Positions 39,672-49,331 of a DNA stretch of 64,000 bases are shown one piece after another. The position numbers and the translations under genes are program-made. The DNA is taken from positions 1-64,000 of the IMG/VR virus record IMGVR_UViG_3300020438_004021. The stretch is one strand, 5' to 3'. Positions within the stretch are counted from its first letter, which is position 1, and each line of letters starts with the position of its first letter. This DNA is from a virus. Under the pieces are notes generated by a model. It was given only the letters and a program-made list of their open reading frames with translations. It was not told the origin of the DNA and did no database searches.

Positions 39672-41993
39672 ATGGAAAAAACCTTGAACCGTACAAACCG
39701 TGACTCTAAAGATATCCTCGCTCGCCTACTGGCAGCCGAGAATATCGATGTCGAGCACCAACCAGTACCCACTGCGTACTTCGATACAGTCAGCCGTCGA
39801 CTGGTCCTTCCTCTCTGGGAGAACATGTCGAATGACCTGTATGACATGCTCGTGGGTCACGAAGTTGGACACGCACTATTCACCCCAACTGGCAATGACA
39901 AGACCAAGGCCGCAATCAAGCACATCGATGCTGATGCACCTGAAGGTCGAATCATGAATTACCTGAACGTCGCCGAAGATGTCCGCATCGAGAAGGCAAT
40001 CAAGGACAAGTTCCCTGGTCTCCGTCGCAATTTCACCAAGGCATACAAAGACCTTGCTGAACGTGACTTCTTCGGTATCGCAGGTAAAGACCACAACGAC
40101 ATGTCGTTCATCGACCGAGTGAATATCTACTTCAAAATCGGCATGCACGTCGATGTTACCTTTTCTCCTGAAGAGCAGGTAATCGTTGACATGGTTGATG
40201 CTGCTTATGACTGGGATTCGATGGTCGAAGCTGCAAAAGCGATGTATGGTCTTGCCAAGGAGCAGAAGAAGCAAGAGCAAGAGACCAAGATGGCAATGCC
40301 CGATGGGGATGGTGAATTCCAAGCACCTGCTGATGGTGAAGGCGATGCCGAAGGTCAATCAATGGGCATGGGTTCTGATGATGACAATCAGGACGAAGGC
40401 GAGCAGGAAGGTGCTTCTATGGGTGGTGATGACGAGCAGGGCGACGACTCTGCTGATTCCACCAGTGGTGGTGGTGAAGATTCTGGCGAATCAATGGAAG
40501 ACGATACCGATGATGGTGAGTCTGCTGATAGTCAGTCATCCACCAATGCAGATTCTGCCCAGAGCGGTGGAACTCAGCACGCCGACCAGATGATTGACGA
40601 GTCCGAGCTTCCTGATGACTGTGAAACGCAGAAGTCGATGAATCAGCAGTTGCAAGACAACTGCACGAACGCCGACCAGTACGACCAGAAGCGTCGTTCA
40701 TATGTCACCATGCCTAAGTCAAATACGGATAAGGTCATCGTTCCCGTCACACAGGTGATGGATGATTTTCGTCAGTATATTGTAACCTGCAATAGAGAAG
40801 ACACGAAGAACGGTGCTTATGGTGTCTTCACCAATTTCCAGAAGGAAATGTCAAAGACCGTAAATAAGATGGCACAGCAGTTTGAGATGAAGAAGTCTGC
40901 CGACCAGTACAAGCGTCGCAGCATCTCCGACTCTGGTATCATCGATACCATCAAGATGATTAACTACCGTTGGTCTGATGATATCTTCCTCAAGAACACG
41001 ACCATTCCTGGTGCCAAGAGCCATGGTCTGGTCATGTTCATTGACTGGAGCGGTTCCATGGCAGACCGAATGGCAGACACCATGAAGCAGCTGATGACTC
41101 TCGTCCTCTTCTGCAAGAAGGTCAATATCCCTTACGATGTTTATGCCTTCACTGGTTCATACAAGGAAGACGAAGTCGACGCAGGCAAGAACTACAAGGT
41201 GGGCGATGCTCAACTCGGTCAGTTCCGTCTTCTCAATCTCGTTTCCTCTTCGATGAAGAATCGTGACTGGACCGAGATGATGACCTATGTGACCATGCTT
41301 GCTAACAGTTTCGTGCATACGTACTACAGCACCTCCTCTGGTCGCTCCGAGTCCAGAGACACCATCCTAGACCCACAATACGGAGTGCGTCCTCGTGGTT
41401 ACAGCCTGGGTATGACTCCTCTCGATGACTGCATTGTCGCTGCTTCTGAAATCGTGAAGACTTTCAAGCAGAACCACAAGCTGCAGATTGTGAACGCAGT
41501 CTTCATGACTGATGGTCATACTTCGATGTCCCCACTCGGTGATGGTTGGAGAGGCAGCATCGTGTGGACCGGTGATAAGTTTGAGCAGGAACGTGATGTA
41601 AAAACAGTCTTGAAGGGTCGCAACGGCAAGATTTACAATGACCACAAGAGCACGACCGACAATCTGCTCGAATGGTTTACCGACAAGACCGGCATTCCTG
41701 CGATTGGTATCTTCCTCTGTGATGCACGTGACCTTTACTACAGCAACTTCGACGACAAGCAGATGGAAGAATTCAAGACCAAGAAATGCCTTGAAGTCGG
41801 TAAGCATGGTGGTTATAGCAACTACTACGTGATTGACACCAAGACCAAGAAGTTCAAGGGTGTTGATGACCTGAATGACAATGCAAGTGCGATTGCAGTT
41901 AGGAACGCATTCGTTCGTGAGTCCAAGATTCGCAAGACTCAACAGCAAATCATGAACAAGTTCGTTGACAAGATTTCGATGGAGACAGTATGA
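39672..41993 (+). CDS. metallopeptidase-like / VWA-domain early protein
   Basis: HEVGH, N..ED.RIE, acidic linker, DWSGSM MIDAS, TPL and MTDG motifs. Confidence 0.85.
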   Translation: MEKTLNRTNRDSKDILARLLAAENIDVEHQPVPTAYFDTVSRRLVLPLWENMSNDLYDMLVGHEVGHALFTPTGNDKTKAAIKHIDADAPEGRIMNYLNVAEDVRIEKAIKDKFPGLRRNFTKAYKDLAERDFFGIAGKDHNDMSFIDRVNIYFKIGMHVDVTFSPEEQVIVDMVDAAYDWDSMVEAAKAMYGLAKEQKKQEQETKMAMPDGDGEFQAPADGEGDAEGQSMGMGSDDDNQDEGEQEGASMGGDDEQGDDSADSTSGGGEDSGESMEDDTDDGESADSQSSTNADSAQSGGTQHADQMIDESELPDDCETQKSMNQQLQDNCTNADQYDQKRRSYVTMPKSNTDKVIVPVTQVMDDFRQYIVTCNREDTKNGAYGVFTNFQKEMSKTVNKMAQQFEMKKSADQYKRRSISDSGIIDTIKMINYRWSDDIFLKNTTIPGAKSHGLVMFIDWSGSMADRMADTMKQLMTLVLFCKKVNIPYDVYAFTGSYKEDEVDAGKNYKVGDAQLGQFRLLNLVSSSMKNRDWTEMMTYVTMLANSFVHTYYSTSSGRSESRDTILDPQYGVRPRGYSLGMTPLDDCIVAASEIVKTFKQNHKLQIVNAVFMTDGHTSMSPLGDGWRGSIVWTGDKFEQERDVKTVLKGRNGKIYNDHKSTTDNLLEWFTDKTGIPAIGIFLCDARDLYYSNFDDKQMEEFKTKKCLEVGKHGGYSNYYVIDTKTKKFKGVDDLNDNASAIAVRNAFVRESKIRKTQQQIMNKFVDKISMETV

Positions 41994-42484
41994 ACATCTT
42001 CTTTGTACACAAAGACCCCAGAACATCTGCACGGATGCTTTGCGACAAGCACATCTGCAAGATGATTCTGGAGTCTGTGCAAATGCTCTGCACCGCATGG
42101 TCCGAAGAGGAAGCACCAAAGACTTGTGGTGCTAGCCATGTGAATCATCCTTGCTCACGTTGGGCGAGGGAGACATCAGGCAACTACAACTGGTTGTCTG
42201 AACACGTGCTAGAGTTGAGCAAGGAGTACACCAAGAGGTATGGCAAGGTACATGCATGGCAAGGTGCGGTAGACTGGTTGAACGAAAACAATCCTTTTAT
42301 CACACACAACAAACCTTGCAGACCGATGACCACGAAACCACAGTGTATGCCCGCCTATTGCAAAGTTGACGGTGACTCCATTCAGGCATACCGCAACTAT
42401 TACATTAACGAAAAATCGTACATGGCAAAGTGGAAGAACAGCACCACACCCAAATGGTACGAACAAGCCTTGGAGACAGTTTGA
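41990..42484 (+). CDS. pyrimidine-dimer DNA glycosylase-like protein
   Basis: MNIF, DKH..KMILES.QML, H.NHPC..W, EY..RYGK.H and AYR.YY motifs. Confidence 0.75.
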   Translation: MNIFFVHKDPRTSARMLCDKHICKMILESVQMLCTAWSEEEAPKTCGASHVNHPCSRWARETSGNYNWLSEHVLELSKEYTKRYGKVHAWQGAVDWLNENNPFITHNKPCRPMTTKPQCMPAYCKVDGDSIQAYRNYYINEKSYMAKWKNSTTPKWYEQALETV

Positions 42485-42951
42485 TGAACAATTACAAAGT
42501 CATAGTTTTTTCCATAATGACTTGGTTTGCCTCAGCCTCCGCCGCTCACGCGGTGGGGGCAGGCGACTCCGAACAAGACCTTCGTAGACTGCTAGACGCA
42601 ATCTGCGAAGTAGAGTCCGGTTGTGACCCCTCAGCTATTGGTGATGGTGGAAATGCTATTGGACCCTACCAGATTTGGAAGAGCTATTGGATTGATGCCT
42701 GTAATTACAGCAAAAGTGATGACCTCAGTCTTGACGATGGTTATAAGAGTTGTATAGATAAGGAATACGCAGAGAAGGTAGTGATAACCTACTGGAAGCG
42801 TTATGCTAACGAGAGACGGCTTAAACGAGTACCTACCCTAGAAGACAGAGCACGCATGCATAATGGTGGACCTCGTGCGGTCTGGGCAAAGGGCAAGAAG
42901 AAGCGAAATCTCGATATCTATTGGAACAAAGTCAAGGAGGCAATGAAATGA
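42484..42951 (+). CDS. lysozyme-like protein (i-type/destabilase-like) with signal peptide
   Basis: AICEVESG, GD.G.AIGPYQI...YW.DA and AR.HNGGP motifs. Confidence 0.75.
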   Translation: MNNYKVIVFSIMTWFASASAAHAVGAGDSEQDLRRLLDAICEVESGCDPSAIGDGGNAIGPYQIWKSYWIDACNYSKSDDLSLDDGYKSCIDKEYAEKVVITYWKRYANERRLKRVPTLEDRARMHNGGPRAVWAKGKKKRNLDIYWNKVKEAMK

Positions 42952-43175
42952 GCGAAAAATACGACCCATTGTATAATCCTAATCCCAAGTGGATGAAGGA
43001 AGCAAAATCTGCCGGTAAGGGAGATAGAATGCGACCAGTTAACATGGACAAGTACCGTGATAACTACGATGCCATCTTTGCCAAGAAGAATGAAGAAAAG
43101 AAGGATGAAGGCAAAGAAGATGACAGCAAGAAGAAGAAGCACGTCGTTAAGCGGCAGAAAGGTAAGAAGAAATGA
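42948..43175 (+). CDS. small basic hypothetical protein
   Basis: AGKGD..RPV...KY.DNYD.IF motif; AGGAGG RBS. Confidence 0.65.
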   Translation: MSEKYDPLYNPNPKWMKEAKSAGKGDRMRPVNMDKYRDNYDAIFAKKNEEKKDEGKEDDSKKKKHVVKRQKGKKK

Positions 43176-43336
43176 GTTATATAGACGGAACCCCCCTAGG
43201 TAATCTAATTGACCGATGTGCAGATGGGTGGGCAAACATCCTAGGGTTCACCCAAAAGGGCAAGAACACCAAGAAGAAGATAGTGGTCAAGAAGAAAGTA
43301 GTACGCAAGAAAAAGGTAGGCAAAACAAATGAGTGA
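43172..43336 (+). CDS. small Lys-rich hypothetical protein
   Basis: ATGA overlap with the upstream stop; 54 aa. Confidence 0.5.
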   Translation: MSYIDGTPLGNLIDRCADGWANILGFTQKGKNTKKKIVVKKKVVRKKKVGKTNE

Positions 43337-43673
43337 AGTCAAAATCGTTAGACTAGTAACCCAAGAAGATATTATCTGCAAGTACGAGTATGAAGATGGT
43401 ATGCACATCATGAAGACACCCTGCATCATCGTAATCACACCTCAAGGTTATGGTGCGATGCCTTGGATGCCATTCGCGGAGCAGAAGGATGGACTGAAGA
43501 TATCTGACTCCCAAGTTATGATGGTGGTTGACCCAATCAAGGATATGTACAATCAGTACCAATCCTCTTTCGGAAGTGGTATCGTCGTCCCTGAAAAGCA
43601 AGGGATGCTTAACACAGTCGGTGCGGGAGTAGAAGCACCAATGGGACCAATCGGCATCGTTGGGGGAGATTGA
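43329..43673 (+). CDS. conserved T4-like Sm-fold-like hypothetical protein
   Basis: VKIVRL...EDII, PWMPF and Y...FGSGIV.P motifs. Confidence 0.7.
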   Translation: MSEVKIVRLVTQEDIICKYEYEDGMHIMKTPCIIVITPQGYGAMPWMPFAEQKDGLKISDSQVMMVVDPIKDMYNQYQSSFGSGIVVPEKQGMLNTVGAGVEAPMGPIGIVGGD

Positions 43674-43677
43674 TAAG

Positions 43678-43815
43678 ATGGCAAGAAAAAATAGCGTTTA
43701 TGACCCAGCAACATCAAACCGAATCAAGGTAGGTTCACCTCGTAAGAGCAAACCCAATAAGGGTAACGCACCTGCCAGAACCGCTAGATCAGGCAGCGGA
43801 AGAAAAATCAGGTAG
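43678..43815 (+). CDS. small basic hypothetical protein (MARKNSVYD...)
   Basis: GGAG RBS; 45 aa. Confidence 0.5.
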   Translation: MARKNSVYDPATSNRIKVGSPRKSKPNKGNAPARTARSGSGRKIR

Positions 43816-43830
43816 ACCCTGACTAACTTC

Positions 43831-43904
43831 GCTCCTGTAGCTCAGTTGGATAGAGCAGCGGACTTCTAATCCGCAGGTCACACGTTCGAGTCGTGTCGGG
43901 AGTG
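43831..43904 (+). tRNA. tRNA-Arg(UCU)
   Basis: canonical cloverleaf; GCGGA-CTTCTAA-TCCGC anticodon arm. Confidence 0.93.
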
Positions 43905-43910
43905 CTTATT

Positions 43911-44891
43911 ATGATGAAAAGACACCAGATTAAAATCGGCAATTCGCTTAGTGTCCTGAAGGAAATGGATGATAAAAGTGTGGACTGTGTTGTAACCTCC
44001 CCACCTTATTGGGGATTGCGTGATTATGGTGGTCAAGAAGAACAACTGGGTGCTGAAGGCACACCGCAAGAATTCGTTGACAATATGGTATCCATCTTTA
44101 GTCAAGTACATAGAGTCCTTAAGGACGAAGGGACTGTCTGGTTGAACCTTGGCGACAGTTATTATAACTACAGACCTGGTGCAGGTCAGACACTAATCAA
44201 GCAGACAATCGCTAACAGCGACCAAGACCTTCCCCAAGAGTGTGCTAGGAGAGGGAACAAGATTAAGGGTCTCAAAGAGAAGAGTCTAGTTGGGATTCCT
44301 TGGAGGGTAGCACTTGCTTTGCAGGAAGATGGATGGATTCTGAGACAGGATATCATCTGGCACAAACCCAATCCGATGCCCGAATCCGTAAAAGACAGAT
44401 GTACCAAGGCACACGAATATATCTTTCTCCTAACCAAGAATAAGAAGTATTACTACGACAATGAAGCAATCCTAGAGCCGATCTCTGAGATATCAATAAA
44501 GAGAGCGGAGTATGGTTGGGATTGCGACAGACCTTCAACCAAGAATGCATCAATGGGAGGCGAGGGTATCCACGTCGAAAAGATGGGGACCAGATTCGTT
44601 AATCCCAAGGGCAAGAACAAACGGTCTGTCTGGACGGTAAACACAGCGAGTTATAAAGATGCTCATTTTGCGGTTTACCCCACCAAACTGATTGAACCTT
44701 GCATCTTAGCAGGATGCCCTGAAGGTGGAACCGTTCTGGACCCATTCTCGGGAAGCGGAACAACGGGTATCGTTGCCCTTAACAACGGACGAAAATACAC
44801 CGGAATCGAGTTGAATCCTGAATACGCAGAACTATCGGAAAAGAGAATAGCAGAAGAATGTCCCAACAACCTAACGGAGCTTATGCAATGA
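43911..44891 (+). CDS. DNA methyltransferase (beta class, N4-C/N6-A)
   Basis: TSPPY before DPFSGSGTT; IIWHKPNPMPES. Confidence 0.9.
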   Translation: MMKRHQIKIGNSLSVLKEMDDKSVDCVVTSPPYWGLRDYGGQEEQLGAEGTPQEFVDNMVSIFSQVHRVLKDEGTVWLNLGDSYYNYRPGAGQTLIKQTIANSDQDLPQECARRGNKIKGLKEKSLVGIPWRVALALQEDGWILRQDIIWHKPNPMPESVKDRCTKAHEYIFLLTKNKKYYYDNEAILEPISEISIKRAEYGWDCDRPSTKNASMGGEGIHVEKMGTRFVNPKGKNKRSVWTVNTASYKDAHFAVYPTKLIEPCILAGCPEGGTVLDPFSGSGTTGIVALNNGRKYTGIELNPEYAELSEKRIAEECPNNLTELMQ

Positions 44892-45973
44892 GAACAGCAA
44901 TCACATTTGATGACGTTTTAATCGTCCCACAATACAGCGAAGTGACACCAGACATGGTGTCGACCAAGACCACCTTGGTGAAAGGAATCGAACTGGACAT
45001 CCCAATTATGTCCGCACCGATGGATTCGGTGACAGAGGTCGAAATGGCAACAGCGATGGCTGAAGAAGGTGGTATAGGCATCCTACACAAGAATATGGGT
45101 CATGATGAGCAGATACGTCAGGCCTATGAGATTAAGAAGTGGGGTCATAAGTTGGGTGTTGCTCTTAGCCCAACCAAGTACACCGATAGGATGGTTGAGG
45201 AACTGGTTGATGCCGGTATCGACGTGTTCGTCCTTGACAGTGCACATGGTCATTCTAAGAACGTGATGGATGCAACTGAGCGACTTAAGAAGCTCACCGA
45301 TATCCCTGTCATTGTAGGAAACATCGCAACCGCAGAAGCCGCTATAGAACTCTACAATGCTGGTGCTGATGCCCTAAAGGTGGGTATCGGTCCTGGTTCC
45401 ATTTGTACGACGAGAATCGTAGCGGGTGTGGGTGTCCCCCAAATCACCGCTATTCAGGATGTTGCCAGTGCCAATGGAGGCAAACTCGACATCCCCATCA
45501 TTGCAGACGGTGGTATCCGGTACAGTGGTGATATCGCTAAAGCTATCATGGCAGGTGCGAGTTGCGTGATGCTAGGTTCCCTCCTTGCAGGACATGATGA
45601 AGTCCCCAACTACCAAGGTGTCATCATTGACGGCAAGCGGTATGTCCCTTACCGTGGGATGGGAAGCGAAGGAGCGATGGGTGACGGTTCTGGAGACAGG
45701 TACAGTCAAGACGGCTCAGATAAGTTCGTCCCTGAGGGCATCGAGGGTTGCGTCCCTTATAAGGGTGCAGTTGCAGACACTATCTACCAGATGGTCGGCG
45801 GTCTAAAGTCAGCAATGGGTTATGTCGGTGCTGCAACGATTGAAGACCTGATTAAGCAGGGCGAAAGTTATTATCACATGGAAGGGTTCGTAGGGGTAAG
45901 TCCTAACTCCCTGCGAGAGAACCACCCACACGATGTCCATATCACCAAGGAAGCACCCAACTATGCGATTTGA
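44888..45973 (+). CDS. guaB: IMP dehydrogenase lacking CBS domains
   Basis: [40 protein letters not shown] and PEGIEG motifs. Confidence 0.93.
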   Translation: MRTAITFDDVLIVPQYSEVTPDMVSTKTTLVKGIELDIPIMSAPMDSVTEVEMATAMAEEGGIGILHKNMGHDEQIRQAYEIKKWGHKLGVALSPTKYTDRMVEELVDAGIDVFVLDSAHGHSKNVMDATERLKKLTDIPVIVGNIATAEAAIELYNAGADALKVGIGPGSICTTRIVAGVGVPQITAIQDVASANGGKLDIPIIADGGIRYSGDIAKAIMAGASCVMLGSLLAGHDEVPNYQGVIIDGKRYVPYRGMGSEGAMGDGSGDRYSQDGSDKFVPEGIEGCVPYKGAVADTIYQMVGGLKSAMGYVGAATIEDLIKQGESYYHMEGFVGVSPNSLRENHPHDVHITKEAPNYAI

Positions 45974-46967
45974 TAAGATGCCAAAAGCGGAGCTGCACCT
46001 TCATATCGAAGGCACTCTCGAACCCGAGTTGATGTTCGAACTGGCAGACAGGAACGGGATGAAGATTCCCTACAAGACAGTCGAAGAAGTACGAAGTGCT
46101 TATGAATTCGACAGTCTTCAGTCATTTCTAGACATCTACTATGAAGGTGCTAAGGTCCTGAGGACTGAGCAAGACTTCTACGATTTGACTTGGGCATACC
46201 TGATGAAGTGCAAAGAGCAAAGAATCGTGCATACTGAAATCTTTTTTGACCCCCAAACGCACACCCACAGGGGCGTGGATTTTGGGACAGTTATTAACGG
46301 AATCAGCAACGCACTTCTAGACGCAGAAGCAGAATTCGGAATCACTTCTCTCATATTCATGTGCTTTTTGCGACACCTAACCGAGACATCTGCCTTCGAA
46401 ACCCTAGAGATGGCAATGCCTTATCAAAACAAGATTTATGGTGTTGGTCTCGACTCTTCAGAGGTTGGCAATCCGCCCTCTCGATTTAAAAAGGTGTTCG
46501 CAGAAGCGGCTGAACGTGGATTTGAGGTGGTATGCCATGCAGGAGAAGAAGGACCACCTGAGTACATTTGGGAGGCATTAGAACTAGGTGCTTCTAGAAT
46601 CGACCACGGTGTCCGTTGCCTTGAATCCTCCACCATAACAAACGAGCTGGTAGATAGGCAAATTCCTCTTACGGTCTGCCCTCTTTCTAACGTCAAACTC
46701 AAGGTCTTTGACACCCTCAAGGGTCATAATCTCAAGAAGATGATGGACAGAGGTCTTTTCGTTACGATTAACTCAGATGACCCAGCCTATTTTGGTGGTT
46801 ATCTCAACGAGAACTATGAGCAGTGCATGAAGGAGCTTAATCTGAGCGAGAACGATATGACCGTCCTCCTCAGCAATTCTTTCTTAGCATCTTATCTTTC
46901 CCCACTAGAGAAGGGACGATACATTGAGAAGATTGAAAAATGCATGCACATAGAGAAGGCGGTGTAG
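45963..46967 (+). CDS. add: adenosine/adenine deaminase
   Basis: PKAELHLHIEG, HAGEE, RIDHG, CPLSN and NSDDPAYF motifs. Confidence 0.93.
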   Translation: MRFDKMPKAELHLHIEGTLEPELMFELADRNGMKIPYKTVEEVRSAYEFDSLQSFLDIYYEGAKVLRTEQDFYDLTWAYLMKCKEQRIVHTEIFFDPQTHTHRGVDFGTVINGISNALLDAEAEFGITSLIFMCFLRHLTETSAFETLEMAMPYQNKIYGVGLDSSEVGNPPSRFKKVFAEAAERGFEVVCHAGEEGPPEYIWEALELGASRIDHGVRCLESSTITNELVDRQIPLTVCPLSNVKLKVFDTLKGHNLKKMMDRGLFVTINSDDPAYFGGYLNENYEQCMKELNLSENDMTVLLSNSFLASYLSPLEKGRYIEKIEKCMHIEKAV

Positions 46968-46968
46968 T

Positions 46969-47352
46969 GTGTCCATCTCGGTTGAGAACAGACTTCTGAA
47001 GTATGCAAGAATAGCACTCCCGATATCTTCTGAAGTGCCTCGTTCAAAGAAGCATGTGAGTCTCATAACCACCAGAAAAGGAACCATACTGGCACACGGA
47101 ACGAACCAATTCCGCACACACCCTCTGGCAAAGCAGTATGGTTATCGATATGACGAAGTGCATTCTGAACTGGATGCCCTTTTGAGGCTACCAAAGGGAG
47201 CAGATAGGAACGACCTCGTTCTTCTCAACTTCCGATTCAACAGATTTGGAGACATGAGGATTAGCAAGCCGTGCTGTCTTTGTCTCCCTTGGTGTCGGGC
47301 AGTGTTCAGTGACATCTTTTACAGCACGGACGAAGGAATTATTAAATTATGA
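46969..47352 (+). CDS. cytidine-deaminase-superfamily zinc deaminase
   Basis: HSE...SKPCxxC motif. Confidence 0.75.
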   Translation: MSISVENRLLKYARIALPISSEVPRSKKHVSLITTRKGTILAHGTNQFRTHPLAKQYGYRYDEVHSELDALLRLPKGADRNDLVLLNFRFNRFGDMRISKPCCLCLPWCRAVFSDIFYSTDEGIIKL

Positions 47353-47519
47353 TGGAAGCATTGATTAAAATACTACCGCTGATTTCAGCCGTCCTCTACT
47401 TCATCGTGGGGGTCAGTTACGGTTTCAAGAGGGAATGGGCATGGTGTCTAGTATGGATTTCTTATTCTCTTTCTAATGTGGGTCTTGTGCTTGCAGCCAT
47501 GGGGAGCAAATCAGGATGA
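47349..47519 (+). CDS. small membrane protein
   Basis: two hydrophobic stretches; ATGA overlaps on both sides. Confidence 0.6.
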   Translation: MMEALIKILPLISAVLYFIVGVSYGFKREWAWCLVWISYSLSNVGLVLAAMGSKSG

Positions 47520-47878
47520 AAATCGACATTTGGACGGATTCGGGACTCCCTAGTCACCTTGAGGCGATAATAGACACAACCATCAAGTGGTGCGTCAGAT
47601 ATTTTGACTTGAAGAACAAAAAGAAGCTATCCTTCACCGTTAAAGTCAACTCAAGGAAGAACTGCTGGGGTTATTGCCTCCAAGGTGACGAAGACCACTC
47701 TTATGAGATTTACGTCGCGGACAACCAGACAATTAGAGACTTCCTAGCCACGTTGACTCACGAGATGGTGCACGTCAAGCAATGGGAAACCGGCTGTTGG
47801 GTTGGAGAAGGAGAAAAAGAAGCAGAGAAGCTCCAATACCTGCTTGCTGATGAGATTTGGAAACAAGGACTGATTTAA
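47516..47878 (+). CDS. putative zinc metallopeptidase (SprT-like)
   Basis: TLTHEMVHVKQ (HExxH) motif. Confidence 0.7.
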   Translation: MKIDIWTDSGLPSHLEAIIDTTIKWCVRYFDLKNKKKLSFTVKVNSRKNCWGYCLQGDEDHSYEIYVADNQTIRDFLATLTHEMVHVKQWETGCWVGEGEKEAEKLQYLLADEIWKQGLI

Positions 47879-47893
47879 TAAAAAAAATGATAG

Positions 47894-47966
47894 GCGAGTG
47901 TAGCCCAACGGCAGAGGCAGTGGACTTAAAATCCATACAGTGTGGGTTCGAATCCCACCACTCGTA
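47894..47966 (+). tRNA. tRNA-Leu(UAA) with short variable arm
   Basis: GCGAGTG/CACTCGT acceptor, GTGGA-CTTAAAA-TCCAT anticodon arm, GTGGG-TTCGAAT-CCCAC T-arm. Confidence 0.88.
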
Positions 47967-47985
47967 TTCTCATGAGGAAAAAGAA

Positions 47986-48885
47986 ATGAATTTATCTAAC
48001 TGTTTATTGTCTGTAGTAGTAACGTCTGCGTCTGTATTGGCAAATGGGACCGTTAAAATAGACGGATCTTCCACTGCATACCCCATCACTGAGGCAGTTG
48101 CAGAAGAGTATGCTGAGGTAGCACCCAAGGTTAGGGTGACAGTGGGTGTGTCTGGTACTGGTGGTGGTTTTAAAAGGCTTATTGCTAATGAGACTGATAT
48201 TTCCAATGCTTCTCGTCCTATTAAAGAAAAAGAAAGAGAAGCATGCAAAGAAGCAGGGATCGAGTTCCTAGAACTGCCCGTGGCATATGATGGTCTAACC
48301 ATTGTTGTTAATAAAAAGAACACATGGGTAGACAGTCTAACAATGCACGAATTGAATGCTATCTTCGAAGGTGGTCTAAAGAAATGGTCAGATGTTAGAC
48401 CAGAATGGCCCGACAGCGATATTAATATCTTCTCTCCAGGCACCGACTCTGGTACTTTTGACTACTTTAAGGAGGTAGTCATCGGCAAGACTGGATCAAT
48501 GAGATCAGACATGTCTGTTAGCGAGGACGACAACGTATTGGTCAAAGGTGTTGCTGGGAGCACTAATGCTCTTGGATTCTTTGGTTGTGCTTATTACTAT
48601 GAAAATGCTGACAAGTTGAAGGTTGTCCCCATTGTAAATCCTAAGAATGGCAAGAAAGTCATCCCTTCAAGAAAGAATATCGAGTCTGGTGCTTATTACC
48701 CTTTCAGTAGGCCTTTGTTCATATACGTCAACAAGGCATCTATGAGGAAGCAGTCAGTCAGATCATTCGTAATATTTTATCTAGATAAGTGTCCCAAGCT
48801 ATCTGTTGAAGTGGGTTATGTGCAACTACCTCCCGAAAAGATGAAAGAGGTTAAGGCGAAGGTCAGAAAAAAGGATAAAAAATGA
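47986..48885 (+). CDS. pstS: phosphate ABC transporter substrate-binding protein
   Basis: IDGSST.YPI, SGTGGG, DISNASR, DSGTFDYF and SRPLFIY motifs. Confidence 0.92.
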   Translation: MNLSNCLLSVVVTSASVLANGTVKIDGSSTAYPITEAVAEEYAEVAPKVRVTVGVSGTGGGFKRLIANETDISNASRPIKEKEREACKEAGIEFLELPVAYDGLTIVVNKKNTWVDSLTMHELNAIFEGGLKKWSDVRPEWPDSDINIFSPGTDSGTFDYFKEVVIGKTGSMRSDMSVSEDDNVLVKGVAGSTNALGFFGCAYYYENADKLKVVPIVNPKNGKKVIPSRKNIESGAYYPFSRPLFIYVNKASMRKQSVRSFVIFYLDKCPKLSVEVGYVQLPPEKMKEVKAKVRKKDKK

Positions 48886-49142
48886 AGAAAAAAAGAAATA
48901 AAATCGTCCTTGAAATCACATTAGAGAGTGAAGCAGCCGTTAGTGAATTTAAAAGTAACCACAATGACACGATGGACCTATGCCCAATTGAAGAAATGAC
49001 AATGATAGCCGGACAGTTGAGACTGCCTTGGATGTGCAAAGGAATAAAAAAAGTAAAATGGAAAGAAAAAAGCGAAGATAGGTCTTACGAATATGACGTG
49101 TACCGCTTGCAATATGACTACAGTGACGTTGGACAAAAATAA
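48882..49142 (+). CDS. hypothetical protein
   Basis: ATGA overlap with the pstS stop. Confidence 0.55.
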   Translation: MKKKRNKIVLEITLESEAAVSEFKSNHNDTMDLCPIEEMTMIAGQLRLPWMCKGIKKVKWKEKSEDRSYEYDVYRLQYDYSDVGQK

Positions 49143-49252
49143 AAAGAACATTTTTTGATATATTCAAACCGCATTCCCAGTATTGGAAATAAAAGCCGTC
49201 ACAATGATAATGAAAGCCGTGTCAAGTCGACGTATACCCCCCTCCCATATCG

Positions 49253-49260
49253 TATAAATA
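49253..49260 (+). promoter_or_regulatory. T4-type late promoter
   Basis: TATAAATA upstream of hsp20. Confidence 0.7.
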
Positions 49261-49265
49261 CACCG

Positions 49266-49331
49266 TGAGTTGCCATTTTGGGACTCATATCAAACAAACG
49301 TGTCTTGCTTTTATAAGGAGAAACAGTTATG
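49266..49331 (+). promoter_or_regulatory. ROSE-like RNA thermometer in the hsp20 leader
   Basis: TCTTGCTT pairs with SD AAGGAGA with a bulged G (U[U/C]GCU motif); upstream TGAGT/ACTCA hairpin. Confidence 0.7.

Noticed and set aside
41367-42119. 250-aa minus-strand ORF
   Set aside because: Antisense to a strongly codon-biased gene; this explains the lack of stops.
47857-47985. N-terminal extension of pstS; similar upstream extensions at 7218, 27293, 43893 and 58054
   Set aside because: They overlap tRNAs, promoters or upstream genes; the downstream ATGs fit better.
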